Source: Eledone cirrhosa
Taxonomy: Eukaryota
DNA length: 64,000 nt
Assembly (NCBI GenBank): GCA_964016885.1
Contig: OZ024741.1
Span: forward strand, 247,318,001-247,382,000
Direction of reading: 5' to 3'
The position numbers were made by a program, and so were the translations under genes. Under the pieces are notes generated by a model. That model was not told the DNA's origin and did not search any database. It saw only the letters and a list, made by a program, of their open reading frames with translations. Shown in pieces: positions 56,222 through 64,000 of the stretch. How positions within the stretch are numbered: position 1 is the first letter of the stretch; each line of letters starts with the position of its first letter.

Positions 56222-59200
56222 CTTGATTTTCTTTTTACAAATTATCTTCCACTGATTTTTTTTACAAATTATCTCCACCTGATTTTTTAAAAAATTATCT
56301 CCCCTTGGAAGGCTGGAAATTATCTCCCCTTGGCTGGAAATTATCTCCCCTTGGACGGCTAGAAATTATCTCTCTTTGGACGGCTGGAAATTATCACCCC
56401 TTGAGCTTTTTACAAATTATCTCCCCCTGATTTTTTTTACAAATCTCCCTGTGATTTAAAAAAAAAATTATCTCCCCTTCGCTGGCTGGAAATTATCTCC
56501 CCTTGGACGCTGGAAATTATAGCCCCTTGGAGGGCTGGAAATTATCTTCCCTTGGACGGCTGGAAATTATCTCCCCTTGATTTTTTTTACAAATTATCTC
56601 CCCCTGATTTTTTTTTACAAATTATCTCCCCCTGATTTTTTTTACAACTTATCTGCGCCTGATTTTTTTTTAAAAATTATCTCCCCTTGGACGGCTGGAA
56701 ATTATCTCCCCTTGGACGGCTGGTAATTATCTCTCCTTGGACGGCTAGAATTTACCTCTCCTTGGACGGCTGAAAATTATCTCCCCTTGGACGGCTGGAA
56801 ATTATCTCCCCTTGATTTTTTTTACAAATTATCTCCCCCTGATTTTTTTTTACAAATTATCTCCCCCTGATTTTTTTTTACAAATTATCTCCCCCTGATT
56901 TTTTTTTACAAATTATCTACCCCTGATTTTTTTTTACAAATTATCTCCCCTTGGCTGGCTGGAAATTATCTCCCCTTGGAGGCTGGAACTTATCTCCCCT
57001 TGGACGGCTAGAAATTACCTCTCCTTGGACGGCTGGAAAATATGTCTCCTTGGACGGCTGGATATTATCTCCCCTTGGACGGCTGGAAATTATCTCCCCT
57101 TGGACGGCTGAAAATTATCTCCCCTTGATTTTTTTTACAAATTATCTCCCCCTGATTTTTTTTTACAAATTATCTCCCCCTGATTTTTGTTTACAAATTA
57201 TCTCCGCCTGATTTTTTAAAAAAATTATCTCCCCTTGGACGGCTGGAAATTATCTCCCCTTGGACGGATAGAAATTACCTCTCCTTGGACGGCTGAAAAT
57301 TATCTCCCCTTTGACGGCTGGAAATTATCTCCCCTTGATTTTTTTACAAATTATCTCCCCCTGATTTTTTTTTTACAAATTATCTCCCCCTGATTTTTTT
57401 TTACAAATTATCTACCCCTGATTTTTTTTTACAAATTATCTCCCCCTGATTTTTTTTACAAATTATCTCCCCCTGATTTTTTTTTACAAATTATCTCCCC
57501 CTGATTTTTTTACAAATTATCTCCCCCTGATTTTTTTTACAAATTATCTCCGCCTGATTTTTTTTAAATATTATCTCTCCTTGGCTGGCGGGAAATTATC
57601 TCCCCTTGGACGGCTGGAAATTATCTCCCCTTGGAAGGATAGAAATTATCTCCCCTTGGACGGCTGGAAATTATCTACCCCTGATTTTTTTTACAAATTA
57701 TCTCCCCCTGATTTTTTTTACAAATTATCTCCCCCTGATTTTTTTTACAAATTATCTACCCCTGATTTTTTTTACAAATTATCTCCCCCTGATTTTTTTT
57801 ACAAATTATCTCCCCCTGATTTTTTTTTTACAAATTATCTCACCCTGATTTTTTTACAAATTATCTCCCCCTGATTTTTTTTACAAATTATCTCCGCCTG
57901 ATTTTTTTAAATATTATCTTCCCTTGGCTGGCGGGAAATTATCTCCCCTTGAAGGGCTGAAAATTATCTCCCCTTGGACGGCTGGAAATTATCTCCCCTT
58001 GATTTTTTTTACAAATTATCTCCCCCTGATTTTTTTTTACAAATTATCTCCCCCTGATTTTTTTTACAAATTATCTCCCCCTGATTTTTTTTTACAAATT
58101 ATCTGCCGCTGATTTTTTTTACAAATTATCTCCCCCTGATTTTTTTACAAATTATCTCCCCTTGGCTGGCTGGAAATTACCTCCCCTTGGAGGCTGGAAT
58201 TTATCTCCCCTTGGACGGCTAGAAATTACCTCTCCTTGGACGGCTGGAAAATATGTCTCCTTGGACGGCTGGATATTATCTCCCCTTGGACGGCTGGAAA
58301 TTATCTCCCCTTGGACGGCTGGAAATTATCTCCCCTTGGACGGCTGGAAATTATCTCCCCATGGACGGCTGGAAATTATCTCCCCTTGGACGGCTAGAAA
58401 TTATCTCTCCTTGGACGGCTGAAAATTATCTCCCCTTGGACGGCTGGAAATTATCTCCCGTTGGACGGCTGGAAATTATCTCGCCTTGGACGGCTAGAAT
58501 TTACCTCTCCTTGGACGGCTGAAAATTATCTCCCCTTGGACGGCTGGAAATTATCTCCCCTTGATTTTTTTTACAAATTATCTCCCCCTGATTTTTTTTT
58601 ACAAATTATCTCCCCCTGATTTTTTTTTACAAATTATCTCCCCCTGATTTTTTTTTACAAATTATCTCCCCCTGATTTTTTTTACAAATTATCTCCCCCC
58701 TGATTTTTTAACAAATTATCTCCCCTTGGCTGGCTGGAAATTATCTCCCCTTGGAGGCTGGAACTTATCTCCCCTTGGACGGCTAGAAATTACCTCTCCT
58801 TGGACGGCTGGAAAATATGTCTCCTTGGACGGCTGGATATTATCTCCCCTTGGACGGCTGGAAATTATCTCCCCTTGGACGGCTGGAAATTATCTCCCCT
58901 TGGATGGCTAGATATTACCTCCCCTTGGACGGCTGGAAATTATCTCCCTTTGATTTTTTTTACAAATTATCTCCCCCTGATTTTTTTTTACAAATTATCT
59001 CCCCCTGATTTTTTTTTACAAATTATCTACCCCTGATTTTTTTTTACAAATTATCTCCCCCTGATTTTTTTTACAAATTATCTCCCCCTGATTTTTTTTT
59101 ACAAATTATCTCCCCCTGATTTTTTTACAAATTATCTCCCCCTGATTTTTTTTACAAATTATCTCCGCCTGATTTTTTTAAATATTATCTCTCCTTGGCT

Positions 59201-59429
59201 GGCGGGAAATTATCTCCCCTTGGACGGCTGGAAATTATCTCCCCTTGGAAGGATGGAAATTATCTCCCCTTGGACGGCTGGAAATTATCTACCCCTGATT
59301 TTTTTTACAAATTATCTCCCCCTGATTTTTTTTACAAATTATCTCCCCCTGATTTTTTTTACAAATTATCTACCCCTGATTTTTTTTACAAATTATCTCC
59401 CCCTGATTTTTTTTACAAATTATCTCCCC

Positions 59430-62400
59430 CTGATTTTTGTTTACAAATTATCTCCGCCTGATTTTTTAAAAAAATTATCTCCCCTTGGACGGCTGGAAAT
59501 TATCTCCCCTTGGACGGATAGAAATTACCTCTCCTTGGACGGCTGAAAATTATCTCCCCTTTGACGGCTGGAAATTATCTCCCCTTGATTTTTTTACAAA
59601 TTATCTCCCCCTGATTTTTTTTTTACAAATTATCTCCCCCTGATTTTTTTTTACAAATTATCTACCCCTGATTTTTTTTTACAAATTATCTCCCCCTGAT
59701 TTTTTTTACAAATTATCTCCCCCTGATTTTTTTTTACAAATTATCTCCCCCTGATTTTTTTACAAATTATCTCCCCCTGATTTTTTTTACAAATTATCTC
59801 CGCCTGATTTTTTTTAAATATTATCTCTCCTTGGCTGGCGGGAAATTATCTCCCCTTGGAAGGCTGGAAATTATCTCCCCTTGGAAGGATGGAAATTATC
59901 TCCCCTTGGACGGCTGGAAATTATCTACCCCTGATTTTTTTTACAAATTATCTCCCCCTGATTTTTTTTACAAATTATCTCCCCCTGATTTTTTTTACAA
60001 ATTATCTACCCCTGATTTTTTTTACAAATTATCTCCCCCTGATTTTTTTTACAAATTATCTCCCCCTGATTTTTTTTTTACAAATTATCTCACCCTGATT
60101 TTTTTACAAATTATCTCCCCCTGATTTTTTTTACAAATTATCTCCGCCTGATTTTTTTAAATATTATCTTCCCTTGGCTGGCGGGAAATTATCTCCCCTT
60201 GAAGGGCTGAAAATTATCTCCCCTTGGACGGCTGGAAATTATCTCCCCTTGATTTTTTTTACAAATTATCTCCCCCTGATTTTTTTTTACAAATTATCTC
60301 CCCCTGATTTTTTTTACAAATTATCTCCCCCTGATTTTTTTTTACAAATTATCTGCCGCTGATTTTTTTTACAAATTATCTCCCCCTGATTTTTTTACAA
60401 ATTATCTCCCCTTGGCTGGCTGGAAATTACCTCCCCTTGGAGGCTGGAATTTATCTCCCCTTGGACGGCTAGAAATTACCTCTCCTTGGACGGCTGGAAA
60501 ATATGTCTCCTTGGACGGCTGGATATTATCTCCCCTTGGACGGCTGGAAATTATCTCCCCTTGGACGGCTGGAAATTATCTCCCCTTGGACGGATAGATA
60601 TTACCTCCCCTTGGACGGCTGGAAATTATCTCCCCTTGGACGGCTGGAAATTATCTCCCCATGGACGGCTGGAAATTATCTCCCCTTGGACGGCTAGAAA
60701 TTATCTCTCCTTGGACGGCTGAAAATTATCTCCCCTTGGACGGCTGGAAATTATCTCCCGTTGGACGGCTGGAAATTATCTCGCCTTGGACGGCTAGAAT
60801 TTACCTCTCCTTGGACGGCTGAAAATTATCTCCCCTTGGACGGCTGGAAATTATCTCCCCTTGATTTTTTTTACAAATTATCTCCCCCTGATTTTTTTTT
60901 ACAAATTATCTCCCCCTGATTTTTTTTTACAAATTATCTCCCCCTGATTTTTTTTTACAAATTATCTCCCCCTGATTTTTTTTACAAATTATCTCCCCCC
61001 TGATTTTTTAACAAATTATCTCCCCTTGGCTGGCTGGAAATTATCTCCCCTTGGAGGCTGGAACTTATCTCCCCTTGGACGGCTAGAAATTACCTCTCCT
61101 TGGACGGCTGGAAAATATGTCTCCTTGGACGGCTGGATATTATCTCCCCTTGGACGGCTGGAAATTATCTCCCCTTGGACGGCTGGAAATTATCTCCCCT
61201 TGGATGGCTAGATATTACCTCCCCTTGGACGGCTGGAAATTATCTCCCTTTGATTTTTTTTACAAATTATCTCCCCCTGATTTTTTTTTACAAATTATCT
61301 CCCCCTGATTTTTTTTTACAAATTATCTCCCCCTGATTTTTGTTTACAAATTATCTCCGCCTGATTTTTTTTTAAAAATTATCTCCCCTTGGACGGCTGG
61401 AAATTATCTCCCCTTGGACGGCTAGAAATTACCTCTCCTTGGACGGCTGAAAATTATCTCCCCTTGGACGGCTGGAAATTATCTCCCCTTGATTTTTTTA
61501 CAAATTATCTCCCCCTGATTTTTTTTTTACAAATTATCTCCCCCTGATTTTTTTTTACAAATTATCTACCCCTGATTTTTTTTTACAAATTATCTCCCCC
61601 TGATTTTTTTTACAAATTATCTCCCCCTGATTTTTTTTTACAAATTATCTCCCCCTGATTTTTTTACAAATTATCTCCCCCTGATTTTTTTTACAAATTA
61701 TCTCCGCCTGATTTTTTTAAATATTATCTCTCCTTGGCTGGCGGGAAATTATCTCCCCTTGGACGGCTGGAAATTATCTCCCCTTGGAAGGATGGAAATT
61801 ATCTCCCCTTGGACGGCTAGAAATTATCTCTCTTTGGACGGCTGGAAATTATCACCCCTTGAGTTTTTTACAAATTATCTCCCCCTGATTTTTTTTACAA
61901 ATCTCCCAGTGATTTTTAAAAAAAAATTATCTCCCCTTCGCTGGCTGGAAATTATCTCCCCTTGGACGCTGGAAATTATAGCCCCTTGGAGGGCTTGAAA
62001 TTATCTTCCCTTGGACGGCTGGAAATTATCTCCCCTTGATTTTTTTTTACAAATTATCTCCCCCTGATTTTTTTTTACAAATTATCTCCCCCTGATTTTT
62101 TTTTACAACTTATCTGCGCCAGATTTTTTTAAAAAAATTATCTCCCCTTGGACGGCTGGAAATTATCTCCCCTTGGACGGCTGGAAATTATCTCTCCTTG
62201 GACGGCTAGAATTTACCTCTCCTTGGACGGCTGAAAATTATCTCCCCTTGGACGGCTGGAAATTATCTCCCCTTGATTTTTTTTACAAATTATCTCCCCC
62301 TGATTTTTTTTTACGAATTATCTCCCCCTAATTTTTTTTTACAAATTATCTCCCCCTGATTTTTTTTTACAAATTATCTCCCCCTGATTTTTTTTACAAA

Positions 62401-64000
62401 TTATCTCCCTCTGATTTTTTTACAAATTATCTCCCCTTGGCTGGCTGGAAATTATCTCCCCTAGGAGGCTGGAACGTATCTCCCCTTGGACGGCTAGAAA
62501 TTACCTCTCTTTGGACGGCTGGAAAATATGTCTCCTTGGACGGCTGGATATTATCTCTCCTTGGACGGCTGGAAATTATCTCCCCTTGGACGGCTGGAAA
62601 TTATCTCCCCTTGGATGGCTAGATATTACCTCCCCTTGGACGGCTGGAAATTATCTCCCCTTGATTTTTTTTTACAAATTATCTCCCCCTGATTTTTTTT
62701 TACAAATTATCTCCCCCGATTTTTTTTTACAAATTATCTCTCCCTGATTTTTTTTTACAAATTATCTCCCCCTGATTTTTGTTTACAAATTATCTCCCCT
62801 TGGACGGCTGGAAATTATCTCCCCTTGGACGGCTAGAAATTACCTCTCCTTGGACGGCTGAAAATTATCCTCCCTTGGACGGCTGGAAATTATCTCCCCT
62901 TGATTTTTTTACAAATTATCTCCCCCTGATTTTTTTTTTACAAATTATCTCACCCTGATTTTTTTTACAAATTATCTACCCCTGATTTTTTTTTACAAAT
63001 TATCTCCCCCTGATTTTTTTTACAAATTATCTCCCACTGATTTTTTTTTTACAAATTATCTCCCCCTGATTTTTTTACAAATTATCTCCCCCTGATTTTT
63101 TTTACAAATTATATCCGCCTGATTTTTTTAAATATTATCTCTCCTTGGCTGGCGGGAAATTATCTCCCCTTGGACGGCTGGAAATTATCTCCCCTTGGAA
63201 GGATGGAAATTATCTCCCCTTGGACGGCTGGAAATTATCTACCCCTGATTTTTTTTACAAATTATCTCCCCCTGATTTTTTTTACAAATTATCTCCCCCT
63301 GATTTTTTTTTTACAAATTATCTCCCCCTGATTTTTTTACAAATTATCTCCCCCTGATTTTTTTTACAAATTATCTCCGCCTGATTTTTTAAAATATTAT
63401 CTTATCTTGGCTGGCGGGAAATTATCTCCCCTTGGACGGCTGAAAATTATCTCCCCTTGGACGGCTGGAAATTATCTCCCCTTGATTTTTTTTACAAATT
63501 ATCTCCCCCTGATTTTTTTTTACAAATTATCTCCCCCTGATTTTAAAAAAAAAATTATCTCCCCTTCGCTGGCTGGAAATTATCTCCCCTTGGACGCTGG
63601 AAATTATAGCCCCTTGGAGGGCTGGAAATTATCTTCCCTTGGACGGCTGGAAATTATCTCCCCTTGATTTTTTTTTACAAATTATCTCCCCCTGATTTTT
63701 TTTTACAAATTATCTCCCCCTGATTTTTTTTTACAAATTATCTCCCCCTGATTTTTTTTTTACAAATTATCTCCGCCTGATTTTTTTTTTAAAATTATCT
63801 ACCCTTGGACGGCTGGAAATTATCTCCCCTTGGACGGCTGGAAATTATCTCCCCTTGGACGGCTAGAAATTATCTCTCCTAGGACGGCTGAAAATTATCT
63901 CCCCTTGGACGGCTGCAAATTATCTCCCCTTGATTTTTTTTACAAATTATCTCCCCCTGATTTTTTTTACAAATTATCTCCCCCTGATTTTTTTTACAAA
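59430..64000. repeat. More diverged partial paralogue of the ~15-16-kb unit, running off the window end
   Basis: Landmarks 45539/60412, 46153/61026 and 46886/61759 at 14,873; 47563/62437, 48271/63145 and 48533/63407 at 14,874. It lacks some private SNPs of the two 15.9-kb copies (e.g. CTCACCCGGA, GATCTTTTT, TCTTCCTTTG). Confidence 0.85.

Larger units (their letters stand above)
26520..58880. repeat. Near-perfect segmental tandem duplication, period 15,901 bp (copy 1 ~26520-42420, copy 2 ~42421-58321, identity continuing to ~58880)
   Basis: Every ORF landmark from 26924 to 42916 recurs exactly +15,901 (e.g. 27418/43319, 30985/46886, 34252/50153, 38586/54487, 41050/56951, 42352/58253). Rare SNPs are copied too: GGCAGG at 37785/53686 and GGTAATT at 40823/56724. 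Confidence 0.95.
1..64000. repeat. Composite tandem satellite array of two interleaved monomer types (A 25 bp, B 26-29 bp) sharing a 15-bp core; runs off both window ends
   Basis: The core AAATTATCTCCCC(T/C)T recurs every ~21-29 bp from the first line to the last, always in the same orientation. No unique spacer sequence or inversion was seen. The + strand is pyrimidine/C-rich and the - strand purine/G-rich. Confidence 0.99.

Noticed and set aside
29-63667. The many + strand ORFs (61-149 aa) with repeating DGWKLSPLGRLEIISPWTAGNYLPL and FFYKLSPPD / FFTNYLPLI peptides
   Set aside because: The 25-bp A consensus has no stop in any + frame, so three monomers automatically give a 25-aa repeat. ORFs overlap in several frames, mostly start at TTG within the core and are broken by poly-T length changes. 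There is no sign of frame preservation.
1-64000. CRISPR-like constant repeat plus spacer layout
   Set aside because: Spacers are only ~10-14 bp and of two recurring types rather than unique. The repeat is 15 bp, and no leader or cas genes are present.
1-64000. Canonical G-quadruplex / i-motif array from the G4-G5 runs
   Set aside because: The runs are separated by ~21-23 nt, far beyond typical 1-7-nt loops, so stable intramolecular G4 is not supported without experiment.
1-64000. Whole window as a sequencing artefact (concatemer or low-complexity noise)
   Set aside because: Rare variants recur in consistent, hierarchically nested order at fixed offsets, which indicates real evolutionary history. 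Only the copy number of the youngest duplications remains open to assembly error.

Overview
The whole 64-kb window is one uninterrupted, head-to-tail tandem satellite array of roughly 2,400-2,500 monomers (64,000/~26). I see no unique sequence, credible gene, RNA gene or mobile-element ORF. Each monomer is a nearly invariant 15-bp core, AAATTATCTCCCC(T/C)T, followed by one of two spacers. The GC-rich spacer GGACGGCTGG gives a 25-bp type A monomer; the AT-rich spacer GA(T)7-10AC gives a 26-29-bp type B monomer, mostly 27-28 bp. A and B alternate in homotypic blocks (from 1-2 up to ~18 monomers) whose borders carry stereotyped variant monomers. The blocks are nested into higher-order tandem duplications of ~1.66, ~3.02, ~3.9-4.0, 3.926 and 15.901 kb, which diagnostic SNPs allow to be put in relative order. 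All listed ORFs are by-products of a stop-poor repeat. The array most resembles eukaryotic heterochromatic, centromeric or subtelomeric satellite DNA; I cannot name the organism or family from the sequence alone.
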